Source: Heptranchias perlo
Lineage: Eukaryota
Direction of reading: 5' to 3'
DNA: 64,000 nucleotides
Assembly: GCF_035084215.1 (NCBI RefSeq)
Contig: NC_090354.1
Coordinates: 12,152,001-12,216,000, forward strand
Shown here: piece by piece, positions 25,998 to 38,210 of the stretch
Numbering within the stretch: the first letter of the stretch is position 1
How the letters are laid out: each line of letters starts with the position of its first letter
Position numbers and translations under genes: made by a program
Notes under the pieces: model-generated
Database searches by the model: none
Seen by the model: the letters and a program-made list of their open reading frames with translations, nothing else
Told to the model about the DNA's origin: nothing

Positions 25998-26218
25998 TGA
26001 TGATGTGGAGATGCCGGTGATGGACTGGGGTGGACAAATGTAAGGAATCTTACAACACCAGGTTATAGTCCAACAGTTTTATTTGAAAATCACAAGCTTT
26101 TGGAGATTATCTCCTTTGTCAGGTGAGTGAGCTGACGAAGGAGATAATCTCCGAAAGCTTGTGATTTTCAAATAAAACTGTTGGACTATAACCTGGTGTT
26201 GTAAGATTCCTTACATTT
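25998..26218 (-). mobile_element. Penelope-derived palindromic element (pLTR fold-back plus tail)
   Basis: Inverted arms 26036-26122 and 26132-26218; about 36-nt unpaired tail 26000-26035; 12-bp TSD TATTTAATATAG at 25986 and 26218. Confidence 0.85.
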
Positions 26219-26456
26219 ATTTAATATAGAACATTGTACACAGACAACATTATTTACATTCAATCAATGTCGCGATTTCCCGTATTTATTTACTTCTAAT
26301 GACTCCTGGTTCAGAACAGCTAAGGTCAGGAAATTGGATGTGCCTCCCACCCCACCAATGAATTCCCATCCATTAAAATTAACGTGGCTGCTAAAGTGGA
26401 CAATTGTAAACAATTTTACAACACCAAGTTATAGTCCAACAATTTTATTTTTAATC

Positions 26457-26493
26457 CCACAAGCTTTCGGGGGCTTCCCCCTTCCTCAGGCGG
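26457..26493 (-). ncRNA. Minimal type I hammerhead ribozyme motif (mirror arm)
   Basis: Exact reverse complement of 27012-27048. Confidence 0.7.
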
Positions 26494-27011
26494 TGTGGAA
26501 ATGACATTTTCGAATCCTTCGCATTTTAAGATCACAGAACAATGCCTGGTGATTACTGCCCGTTGCCAAGGCAATCACAGTGAGCAGACAGAAAGGTGTC
26601 ACCTAAAAAGGCCACCGAATATGCAAACCCCCAAAAAAAAGAGAGAGAGAGAGATAAGGAAGACAGCATACTCCAAGGCGGCCTTCGAGACACACGACAA
26701 CGCAAAATCGTCGAGCAGAAATTGATAGCCAAGTTCCGCACCCATGAGGACGGCCTCAACCGGGATCTTGGGTTCATGTCACACTACACGTAACCCCACC
26801 AGCGAACAAATGTTATCTGTTTTTAATATAACGGGTCATTGACTGTCTTCCTTATCTCTCTCTCTTTTTTGGGGGGGTTTGTATATTCGGTGGCCTTTTT
26901 AGGTGACACCTTTCTGTCTGCTCACTGTGATTGCCTTGGCAATGGGCAGTAATCACCAGGCATTGTTCTGTGATCTTAAAATGCGAAGGATTCGAAAATG
27001 TCATTTCCACA

Positions 27012-27048
27012 CCGCCTGAGGAAGGGGGAAGCCCCCGAAAGCTTGTGG
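27012..27048 (+). ncRNA. Minimal type I hammerhead ribozyme motif
   Basis: CCGC-CTGAGGA-A-GGGGG-AAG-CCCCC-GAAA-GC-TT-GTGG: CUGANGA and GAAA cores, helix II, palindromic helix III (AAGCTT), helix I CCGC/GUGG. Confidence 0.75.
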
Positions 27049-27514
27049 GATTAAAAATAAAATTGTTGGACTATAACTTGGTGTTGTAAAATTGTTTACA
27101 ATTGTCAACCCCAGTCCATCACCAGCATCTCCACATCATGCTAAAGTGGAGGCAGAGGCGGTGCTGATGTGGTGTTATGAGGGGCGGGGGAGGGGCATTG
27201 TTTGCCACTTCACTACACCATCCAATAGGTCAGCGTTTCAGGATGCTTAGAAGGAGATGGAGACAAGCTTGAAGCCACAGCCATTCAACACTGTCAATAG
27301 CTGTGCCAGCACTTTGCTACCTGGTAACTACAACTGGTCTAGCAACAGATAACACAGCTCTGCTTCTGGCTCTCTGAAGACCCAGATGTTGTGATGACAG
27401 TACCCCGCAGTCCTTGCTGGGTCAATGCAACAGTGCCTGCACATATGAGGGCTGGTATCTTGGAAGGTTTGGCCATTGCTGGCTGCTGATCCTGGCATGT
27501 CATTTTAATACAGG

Positions 27515-28469
27515 TGTAAACAATTTTACAATACCAAGTTATAGTCCAACAATTTTATTTTAAAATCCACAAGCTTTCGGAGGCTTCCTCCTTCCTCAGG
27601 TGAATGTGGAACTGAAATCCTCGAACCTATTGCATTTATAAATCACAGAACAATGCCTGGTGATTACAGAGAGTCTTTTCAACTGCCCGTTGCCAAGGCA
27701 ACCAAAGTGTTCAGACAGATAGGTGTTACCTACAGGCCCACCGAATATACAAACGGCCAGAACTAAAAAAACAGATGATATGGAGATGCCAATTAAAAAA
27801 ACAGAGCTAGAGAGGTAGAAACATAGAAACATCCGGAAGGAAAAGACAGCAATTGACCCGTTATATTAAAAACAGATAACATTTGTTCGCTGGTGGGGTA
27901 ACGTGTAGCGTGACATGAACCCAAGATCCCGGTTGAGGCCGTCCTCATGGGTGCGGAACTTGGCTATCAATTTCTGCTCGACGATTTTGCGTTGTCGAGT
28001 GTCTCGAAGGCCGCCTTGGAGTACGCTTACCCGAAGGTCGGTGGCTGAATGTCCTTGACTGCTGAAGTGTTCCACGACTGGGAGGGAACCCTCGTGTCTG
28101 GCGATTGTTGCGCGGTGTCCGTTCATCCGTTGTCGCAGCGTCTGCATGGTCTCGCCAATGTACCATGCTCTGGGGCATCCTTTCCTGCAACGTATGAGGT
28201 AGACAACGTTGGCCGAGTCACAGGAGTATGAACCATGTACCTGGTGGGTGGTGTCCTCTCGTGTGATGGTGGTATCTGTGTCGATGATCTGGCATGTCTT
28301 GCAGAGGTTACCGTGGCAGGGTTGTGTGGTGTCGTGGACACTGTTCTCCTGAAAGCTGGGTAATTTGCTGCGAACGATGGTCTGTTTGAGGTTGGGTGGC
28401 TGTTTAAAGGCGAGTAGTGGAGGTGTGGGGATGGCCATAGCGAGGTGTTCGTCGTCATTGATGACATGA
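27515..28469 (-). mobile_element. Penelope-like retroelement 3' fragment with GIY-YIG endonuclease domain
   Basis: The part of ORF 27866..28738 inside the element reads C-x4-CxxC linker, NVVYLIRC...YIGET...LRQRMNGH...EHF...E..LI..F.T...GLN. pLTR at 27515-27865; 19-bp near-perfect TSD CATG(T/A)CATTTTAATACAGG at 27496 and 28470. Confidence 0.93.
27567..27603 (-). ncRNA. Minimal type I hammerhead ribozyme motif in the Penelope pLTR
   Basis: Minus strand reads TCAC-CTGAGGA-A-GGAGG-AAG-CCTCC-GAAA-GC-TT-GTGG. Confidence 0.75.
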
Positions 28470-28629
28470 CATGACATTTTAATACAGGGGTACTGAAAGC
28501 ATAACGTACTGTGGGCTGCTTCTGAGGCAGCATCCAGCATACAGTTAATCAGGCATTCACTTATTTCACATGTGCTATCCCAGCTACCATTGGAATAGGA
28601 AACACTGCATTTATCGGTCCTTGGGATGT

Positions 28630-30310
28630 GGACAATGTTGGCAAGGCCGAATTTATTGCTCATCCTTAGTTGCCTTGGGAAGGTTCTGGTGGGCCTTCTC
28701 CAGAACTGCTGCAGTCCTTGTGGTGCTGGTGCTCCCACGATGGTATTAGGCAGGGAATTTCAGAGTTTTGACCCAGTAACAGTGAAGGAACAACGATATC
28801 TGTCTAAGTCAGGATGGTGTGTGACTTGGGGGGTTAACGTGGAGGTGATGATGTTGCCACAGCTTTGCAGCTCTTGCTCTTTTTGGTAGTGGAGGTCGCA
28901 GACGAAGGAGGTGCTGCTGACGTAACCTTGGTGAGTTGCTACAGTGCATCCTTTGGATTGTACATACTGCAGTAGCAGCGCTCCGATGGTGGAGGGGGTG
29001 GATATTCAGTCCAATGTCAGGGGCACTGATCAAGTGAACAGCTTTGTCCTGGATGGTGTAGAGCTTCTTGAGTGTTATTGTGACTGCACCCACCCAGTCA
29101 AGTGGTGAATATTTCATCACTCACCTAACACGAGCCTTGTAGATGGTGACGAGGCTTTAACGGGAAGGAGATGAGCCACTTAGAATGAGTACAGCATAGA
29201 AGGAGGCCACTCGGCCCATCGAGCCCGTGCCAGCTCTTTGTAAGAGCAGTCCAGTTAGTCCCATTACCTGGCTCTTTCTCTGTAGCAAATTTTTTCCCTT
29301 TAAATATTTATCCAATTCCTTTTTGAAAGTCACAATTGAATCTGCTTCCACCTTCCTTTCAGGCAGCGCATTCCAAATCATAACTACTCGCTGCGTAAAA
29401 AAGTTTTTCCTCATGTCGCCTTTGGTCCTTTTGCCAATCACCTTAAACCTGTGTCCTCTGGTTCTCGACCCTTCCGCCAATGGGAACAGTTTCTCATAAT
29501 TTACTTTATCTAAACCCTTCATGATTTTGAACACTTCCATCAAATCTCCTCTTAATCTTCTCTGCTCTAAGGAGAACAACTCCAGCTTCTCCAGTCCATC
29601 CACGTAACTAAAGTCCCTCATCCCTGAGATCATTCTAGTAAATCTTTTCTGCACCCTCTTTAAGGCCCTCACATCCTTCCTAAAGTGCGGAGCCCAGAAC
29701 TGGACACAATTCTCTAGCTGTGGCCGCACCAGTGATTTATAAAGGTTCAAAACAACTTCCTGCTTTTGTACTCTATGCCTCTATTTATAAAGCCCAGGAT
29801 CCTGTATGTTTTTTTAACTGATTTCTTAACCTGTCCTGCCACCTTCAAAGATTTGTGCACAGGTCTCTCTGTTCCTGCACCCCCTTTAGGATTGTACCAT
29901 TTAGTTTATATTGCCTCTCCTCCTTCTTCCTGCCAAAATATATCACCGTGCTTCTCTGCGTTAAATTTTATCTGCCATGTGTCCGCCCATTCCACCAGCC
30001 TGTATATGTCCTCTTGAAGTCTATTACTATCCTCCTCACTGTTTACTAAACTTCCAAGTTTTGTGTCATTTGCAAATTTTGAAATTGTGCCCTGTACACC
30101 CAAGTCCAAATCATTAATATATATCAAAAAAAGCAGTCGTCCTAATATCGACTTATCACAGAGTATCCAGCTGGTCAATGGTGACCCCCAAGATACTGAT
30201 GGTGAGGGACTTGATGATGGTTGCGGCATTGAAGGTCAAGGGGAGATAGCTGGGCTTTCTCCTGTCCGAGATTGTCATTACATGGCACTAATGTGATACA
30301 AACGTTACCT
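28630..30310 (-). mobile_element. Older LINE RT fragment split by a younger CR1 (about 29193-30140)
   Basis: Outer parts: ORF 28809..29120 (YSPLDW..LKKL..IQDKA) and 30165-30310. Inner CR1 (ORFs 29157..29750 and 29906..30229) is closely similar to 12100-13233. Confidence 0.85.
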
Positions 30311-33300
30311 ACACTAATCCTCTGCCAAAGCCAGGGATGTTCAACTCTGTTTGTAGTGGTGAATATGAGAATAACGGTGGGTGGGCACAGAAAACCTTTG
30401 GTGTAGCCGAACCAGTCTGGCATCTCTTCATTGGTCCTCCTTTCTCTAAAAAGCTGAGATATAAGGGAATTCTCATTGATAAACCAATTGGTGGCATCAA
30501 CTGAGCTGCAAACCCATTGCCACAAAGGGTCATGAAAACCCAACTGGAAGAAAATATATGAGAAAATTTATGAAGAAATGGTCCTAAAACTGTTTATTTA
30601 ATCTTTTTACCTTGTTCTATAAATGAACTTCCGCCTGCATCTGATCTCCTAGAAGCCTGAGCTCTCACTATATATGGGCATAATCACAATCAGGTGTCAT
30701 ACTGGAAAATGACACAGAAGAAGATATAACATCATTCCTGCATCATTTGCATGTTTTCACAAAGCTCCCACCTGTTTCAGGTTTGTTGGGAGGGCCCCCA
30801 AGCCCACTGGAAATGCATGTCAAGCGCAAACAGGCAGAGGCTCCTGGTAGTGTGGGTCTCCGCGCCCCCCATTATTTCTGGTCCATTATGCCCGAGAAGT
30901 TGGGCGCATAGGGCGTACCCAACGTGAAGATCAGCCCCCTTATCTCATCATTAACAGCAGATTAAATAGCAGAAGGGATTGGCATTCACTGTAAACAATA
31001 CTATGGACCCTCTCTTTCTCTTGCCCTCGCCTCTGCCTTCTGTTTTCTCTCTTTCCGCTTTCTTCAGTTGATCTTTTGGTGTCTTTTTCTCCTTTTTTCT
31101 CTATGGCTTTTCTTTCTTTCTCAGTCTCTCTCCCTTTCCTCTCTTCCTTTTCCTTTGTCCTGGCCTAGATTTGTTGTTTTGAGCAGCCTTGTACTAGGTG
31201 ACTATCGTCCTCTGCGTAAATTCATGTGCAGATACAAAAGTCTAGGCAAAAAGAACAAAACGCACAGCAAACATGTTTGAACTATTTTTTTTTTAACTGG
31301 AGAATACTTGCGAACATAAGAACCTAAGAAATAGGAGCAGGAGTCAGCCTTATGGTCCCTCAAACCTGCTCCACCATTCAATAAGATCATGGCTGATCTT
31401 CTACTTCAACCCCATTTTCCTGACCTATCCCTATATCTCTTGAGTCCCTTAATGTCCAAAATGTAATTGAATTATTTAATTTGTTGATTAATTGATCAAA
31501 TAATTCAAGTGTAAAGCTTCATGCTGCTTTTTGATCTCCTTAGTTTTCATGGATGTTTTAAATTAAGAATACAAAATAATTTCTTTAGCTTTCATAGATA
31601 TTCAGTTGTACCTTTGCTGCTTGCTGTTTAAATATTTGCTAATGTGAAAGTAGGCACTGGTATTGAGATTATACCGTCCCATGTTTGTAAATGCATTTAA
31701 GGGGAAGCTAGATAAGTACATGAGGGAGGAAGGAATTGAAGTTTATGCTGATAGGGCTAGATGAAGAAGGGTGGGAGTAGGCTTGTGTGGAGCATAAACA
31801 CCGGCATAGACCAGTTGGACAGAATGGCCTGTTTCTGTGCTGTAACATCTATGCAATTCTATGTAACAGTTTTTAATGAAATCGCTCCGACTGTATTAAT
31901 GTCATATTGACCATTATACTTGTACTTGACCGATTTGATGTATTCCAAGGTTGGAGCTTTTAAATGCAGTACCAGCCCAGTGACATCGAGTTATACAACT
32001 CCTGTCCCATCACTAACAGTGACATTAATGTATTTGGAGAAATTTTACCCTTAAATGGAATAATCCTTACTAATTGGAAAAATCTTTACTGATAACTTCA
32101 GATGAGAACAATGTATTCAGGACAAAATGATAAATCTGATAAGGGTTTAAGTTCTAGGTTGAACATTTGGGATTCTTCATCATTTGAATTTGAGTTGCCT
32201 TTTGGGGGTTCTAAGGTTCCTGGATTTGTGACTGAAATCCCAGGTATTGTAACAAACTGTTAAATGGGGGTGTTCTTTATTGCAGTTGGGGTAAATCTAA
32301 ATGATTGTGTTAAAAACTGCTCAGCCATTTTCCTCAATTACAGACAATTCCAGTTAATTTTAGCCCTGAGTTCTGGTGTGGGCAAAGGCATCCTGAGTGT
32401 AATTGTTTTCTGCTGAAGGATAAGCAAATAAATTATTGCATGGCATTATTTATGTAGTGCTGATATGTTTATAATTACCTGTGTCTAAATATTTTGAAAA
32501 TTCTTACCCTGAAGTCTAGTTACTAGAGATAGTCACAAAGAAGTCTTAAGAGTGAAATCGCTGTGGATTTGAACTAATGGTTATATAATAAAGTCATATT
32601 GTGTCCCAATCTCTGCAATGTAAGTCTGGTTCCTGTTTTGCAAAGTTCCTGAATGTAATCCCCAATGTCACAATACATTAAGGCAGAGTAAGCAGCAACC
32701 TCTCTTCCTGAAATCGTAGCTTTTTAATTTTTGTTGTCAAATTCAAAGAGATTGTGGGAATCAGCAGTCAGTTCACAGACTAGTATCCTCCCAAAGGTCA
32801 GAAAATGATTGACTCCATAGGATTAACATCACCCAATCAAACAGAGTTGTTGTAGGACACCCATGTTACTAAACAGATGACCTCCTGTGCACTGACCTCC
32901 TGAATCACAGCCAAAAAATACAAACTTATTTAACCAAAGCAAATCCAAATTCAAAAGGATCCAAGTTAGGAACAATATAGGCGTTTGTAAGTTAACTTGG
33001 TTACAGTTTCAATCTGGCTCAAAGTCTTACCCAGAATCAAACTCTCTGATGTGGAGGTATGGTTCTGGACATATGCTACAGTTCAGATGTTTCCTTATAA
33101 AGTGCAGCGTACTTAAATGCATAACCGTCAACTGGAGATGGTACGCTAACATACAACAGGTTGGAAATAGGAGCATAGTAATGTTTGCAGCCATATATTT
33201 TCACAAGCATATTATGGGAGGAAGTGATAAATACTTCACTCATGTTTCAAGTCCATGACACTTCAGAAGTCACACTTTAAAATGTTGAACTTTGCTACAG

Positions 33301-35478
33301 ATGCAAAACAATCTTTTAAAAAAGCCAATCATTTCTTTTTTTTATCATCTCTGACCTTGTAGAGAACCCTGTTAACCTCTTATTGAGCTCAGGGTTCACA
33401 GCAATTAGACCTCATGGCTTTAAAGGGCACAGCTCGAACTAACATGTGCATTACATGGCATAATGTTCCTGTCCTCTGCACTGACACTACAGAGTGCACA
33501 TCAGGTAACTTTGCACCCTATTTACACCACACAGCCTGTGTTGATGCAAAGCTGATCTATAGCAAACTTAACTGCACAGTCGAAAGCATGAGAGAAGCAC
33601 CAGCATATGTCAATATTTTTATTGTAAAACTTTCATAACAAAATCAAACATTACAAGCTATACAATGATAAGAAACTTAATCGTCATCATTTATTTCAAA
33701 TACATTTTTATTCTTGTCATGTACTTCATATCTAGCCTTAAACAAAAACACAATCAATAAAAATAAATAAGAAACACTTCAAGATCTTGCCATGCTCCAA
33801 GGGTCTAAATTCAAGTATTTGAGAAATCACTGTCCAAATATTAATCCCGTGGAATACGACCCAGAGAGGTCACTGGACTGCACCCTTCTCTTTTAAATAG
33901 GCAAAGCTGCTCTCTAATTTCACAATCGTTGTGAATGAGAAGGGGTGGGAACCATTGCTATTTTCAGTTGTATGCTGCAGATGGGACAGATGCATCACTA
34001 CTGCCCCATTGCCTATTAGCTTCCCCCTTAGGAAGCTATGGACCAAGTACATGTAACTCTACTGCAGTCACCTTTCACATCTCTTGTGGGACAAAATGGA
34101 TGGACCACTAACACAATGTAGCTTATAGCCCCAATTATAGCCCCAGAGCAGGAATTGGGGGGGTGGGGTCCTAAGTGCATGGCGATCCGTCCAGGGGACG
34201 GGGTCAGGCTGCCATTGGAAACCCACGGAAACAGTCCCCAGTAAGATAAGTGAGGATGGGGGGGGAGGATTCAGTAAGGTTCACGATTGGGAGGGGGGAT
34301 GAAGCCCGGAGCAGGGGAGGCCCAAGGTATCCTTGTGGGGCGAAAAGGAGCAAGAGTGCTCCTCCTGGCCCACAAGGAACCTATAAAATGTTTTTAAAAA
34401 TGAACTAACCAGGGCATCCTGTGGCCAAGTCGCTGCCTGCTGCCAGCTTTCACTGTTGGGTATGAGACTGTACAGGCCTTAGTCGGGCCTACTGTTAAAA
34501 TAGCGTGCACGCCCCAATATCGTCATGAGGACGTGACTTCACCATTTAAATTAGGACCCCCACTCCTCTGAGGCAGGTGGCCTTCCCATGCCTGAATCCA
34601 GGTAAGTTAAGATGGGGGGGGTGTTGGCAGGAACACTTCGGGAGCCCCCCTCCTCCACTGCTATATTAAGCCCACCCCCGCAGCGTGCATTGTTCCCTCT
34701 GAGCAGGTGGGGTTAACATCAGGCCTATATTCACACATTATGGAGATATTGGGCAAATTACCCCCAAACTCCCATCATCTCTATCCCCTAATCCTAAATC
34801 CTCCATCCTTACTAACCACCAGCCAAGAGACGCTTAATAAAAAAAAATTATTACTGCCTCGGGTCTTAATCAGCTACCCAGCATTATGGTCAGTGAACCT
34901 CTGGTGAGTTAGTGTCGATTATGTACAGATAATACCACTGTGATCCACTTTAAAAGATATAGGCCACCGAGGAAATTAAAATGATCCAAAATGGGTACAG
35001 TTGGCCTCAAAACGAAATTTCAAATTGCCCGAATGGACCATTCCAGACTGCCACTTCCAGTTCACAGTTTACAGCAAATAGTAATAATTTAAAAACATTT
35101 CTACAGCATTCCTCTGTCACATTATTCAACAGAGGTGTTAACTCATTTAAAATAAATGTTCTAATGTCTCTGTGAAAGTAATGGACAGAGGACTATCATA
35201 CAAAAGAATTAAGCTTTTGTCCGTTGTTATTACCAACAATCATGTCTAGCTATCACATGGCGTTGACACATCACTGAAAACACTTTAGCCCGACTTCATT
35301 CTATCTGTGCTTTCTGCTAGGCCTCATAAAATTTATGATAAAAGTGAGCTTTGAGCAGAAAGCTGTGCAGCAGCTTTTGTTTAGTGTACATGAACCAGTT
35401 AAATGTAGACTGTTTTTGTTTAAATTCCTCTGACTATCTGATTATCTATTTCCTGAGATTATGTTTCACTTCAGAAAT

Positions 35479-35990
35479 CTATAGAAGCTTCTTTTCCTCT
35501 CGGTTTGTAATTTGTGACACACAGTACGGAACGAATGCCACTGCTGCCAGAGGCACTGCAGCACTTTTACAGAAAGACAATAAATAAAATAGGAGTTCTG
35601 TCTGCGTCGGGGGCTTCACCGAGTCAAACAGGTGCAGGACGACCAACGACGCCACAATACAACTTACTCTGAAGTTGAACTGCTGGCCCCTCTTTCCTTT
35701 GCAGCTTTCTGCATACATGGGGGAGTTGAGAGCTAATCCCAATCCAAACAAGGCTCCCAGGTTCCTGACCAGTCCAGCGAAGGGAGTGCTGTCGATGTGG
35801 ATCCACTCTGCTCGGGCGCACCATCTCTGGGCTTTCTCCATTGACCACAGCAGGTCCACTCCCAGCACTTTCAACAGCAGGTAAAAGCCCAGAGCGAAGG
35901 AAAACAGGAAGAGAGTGATCTTCAGATACTTCTTGAGGGTTGCGTTGTAGATTGCATTAATTCGACCAAACATTTCGGCCACAACCATTC
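35479..35990 (-). CDS. G6PC1: Glucose-6-phosphatase catalytic subunit, copy A, exon 5
   Basis: Acceptor at 35991-35992; GMVVAEMF...[13 protein letters not shown]...FCKSAAVP...EEKKLL*. C-terminal KKxx ER-retrieval motif. 512 nt. Confidence 0.95.
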
Positions 35991-36738
35991 CTGAACGCAA
36001 AATAGTACAAAAGTTAACTCTGAGGTGAATCAGTGAAGTTCCTCAAATCAGTACAAAGCCTCATGTTTATGAATTAATTCGAAAAGCTTGTGGAAGAAAG
36101 ACCTGTATTTATATATTATCTTCTCGCCAAGGCCACTATTTTTTGGTGACTGAATAAGTCAAATCCTGTTTTTATTACATTGGATTAAAACTTTTCGGTG
36201 ACTTTTATAGGCATTCAATTCTGTGGCCAAGAAATTCGACTTGTGCCCAAAACGGGTGCAAAGTTGGCGGAATCATGGCCCGAATCTAATTCGGCTTTAA
36301 ATACTGCCGTTGAACTACAGGCATCATATCGATGCCCCACTGCAGCTCATCACATGGGATGGGGGTGGGGGGGGGGGGGTGGAGAGGGGGAGGGGCAGGG
36401 TAAGGGAGTCGAGAAATTGGCAGCAGGTTGGATCTGGGGGGAGAGAGGCGATCCTTGGGGTGCCTCGAACATGCAGGCAGCAGGCTGGAGTTTTCAGGGG
36501 TCTTGTTTCAGGGACGAGCATTAGACGGTTGGATACAGAGAGGAGATGTATTCTATATTAATTCTAATCATAAAAATATAATCACACTAACTGTAAATAT
36601 CTAGTTATGTCTTTATTCAATACTTAAAATTAACAGTTATAGGTTGTACATAACATGGTATAATTAGCATTATTTATGATCTAGCACAATTTTATCTTTA
36701 ATTGAATTTTGCGATCTGTAAATTATGTTTTCACTGAC

Positions 36739-36854
36739 CTGAAATGACTCCCAGGAAGACCTGATGAGGGAAGTGAGTGGCTACAAATACTCTGGATACA
36801 CAGACACAGACCTGTATTACCCAGAATACCGTCCAAAGTACAGCACGCAGACAC
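36739..36854 (-). CDS. G6PC1: G6PC1 copy A exon 4
   Basis: CLRAVLWTVFWVIQVCVCVSRVFVATHFPHQVFLGVISG, with catalytic R170 and H176. 116 nt, AG/GT boundaries. Confidence 0.95.
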
Positions 36855-37874
36855 CTGTAACAGAAGGGGGAAACTTCAGAACAAAGCAACGGTGAGTGTT
36901 TAATTAAATCTATCGGTCCAATTTTAACTCTGGGCCAGTTTTGGGCGGGTGAGTACTGGTGTAAGTTAGAAACTCATCCACTGCTCCAGAAATGAGGCCT
37001 GGGGTATTTTAACTCCCAAGCCTCCTTTAAATCCCGTCAGTCAACTTCCCACATTTTCCGGCTGGGACCTCCGAGGCCAGGTAGGATCCTCATTTCAGAT
37101 GCTGACGGACCTGCTGTGTATTTCCAGCACTTTCTTTTTTATTTCTGAACTATAATTATTGTGGAGATAGGTCATGAAGGAATGACTGTTCCTGATTTTC
37201 CATCCTGTATTAGCCCAGCTAGCAACTAGAGAGACATTCCCACTGGATGCAGCTGAGGTCTAATATTGGTCAAAGGATGGGATTTAAACCTAAGATCCCA
37301 ATGTGGGATTCAAGCTTTGCACCACTGCTCAGGTAGAGGCCCCACCAACAGGAATCACAAAAAAAAAATCTCAAGTTACTCCCTGAAACAAAGTCTAGTA
37401 TTTCCTTAAGCAATGCATTATAGAATTACATAGAATCTATAGCACAGAAACAAGCCATTCGGCCCATCTGGTCAATGCCAGTGCTTATGCTGCACACAAG
37501 CCTCCTCCCACCCTACTTCATCTAGCCCGATCAGTATAGCCTTCTATTCCTTGCTCCCTCATGTACTTATCTAGCTTCCCCTTAAATGCATCTATACTAA
37601 TCGCTTCAACTATTCCTTGTGGTAGCGAGTTCCACATTCTAACATTTATATATATATCTCTTATATTTGTGGGCCTTCGTTTTAGACTCCCCCACAAGTG
37701 AAAACTTGTAACTATAGGTAATTGTGATTAAGCTGTACTGTGCATGTCGATCAGTACTCTCATTCAAATTCAGACAATCATGCTTATTTAGAAAGTAACT
37801 ATTTCTGCTCGGGGCTTTGTATAGCCAGAGATTGGAGATCTCAAGTATCAACAAATCCAGAATGTGAGACTCAC

Positions 37875-37980
37875 CGATTTTGGACGCAGTGCTGCTTATT
37901 CTGAAATGTGCAGGTCAGAAATGCTGTCACCATCACATACCAAACCCCAGCTGATCCCATGGCATGTCCCGAGGGGCTCC
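37875..37980 (-). CDS. G6PC1: G6PC1 copy A exon 3
   Basis: GSPSGHAMGSAGVWYVMVTAFLTCTFQNKQHCVQNR (H119). 106 nt, AG/GT boundaries. Confidence 0.95.
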
Positions 37981-38100
37981 CTGAAACGGACAAGGCTTGG
38001 CATCAACTTTACGTCATCAGGAACGCTGAAGAAAATCTAATCTTTGGTTTATTAAAATCTACAATTTCTATTATTTGGAAGTGTGCTGGTTTCTCAGTAC

Positions 38101-38210
38101 CTGGCCCTGTTTCACAGGTGATGGGGTATTGCTCTAACACAGGAACAGATGAGTTGCCATAATAGGACGTTTCATGAACCCACCAGTAAGGTCTCTGGCC
38201 AAATAATATC
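38101..38210 (-). CDS. G6PC1: G6PC1 copy A exon 2
   Basis: [36 protein letters not shown] (R83; N96 sequon NSS). 110 nt. Confidence 0.95.

Larger units (their letters stand above)
26401..27139 (+). mobile_element. 5'-truncated Penelope-like element with an inverted pLTR
   Basis: Arms 26401-26666 and 26843-27104 flank the end of a GIY-YIG ORF (LQGGLRDTRQRKIVEQKLIAKFRTHEDGLNRDLG). Tail 27105-27139; 12-bp TSD TGCTAAAGTGGA at 26389 and 27139. Confidence 0.92.

Noticed and set aside
26004-27140. CRISPR-like or terminator-like reading of the repeated palindromes
   Set aside because: Eukaryotic context with no repeat-spacer periodicity. Penelope pLTR fold-backs with TSDs explain them.
28470-28738. 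N-terminal part of the 290-aa ORF 27866..28738 as a novel fusion gene
   Set aside because: It lies outside the TSD-bounded Penelope fragment: a chance open frame through flanking DNA and a LINE end.
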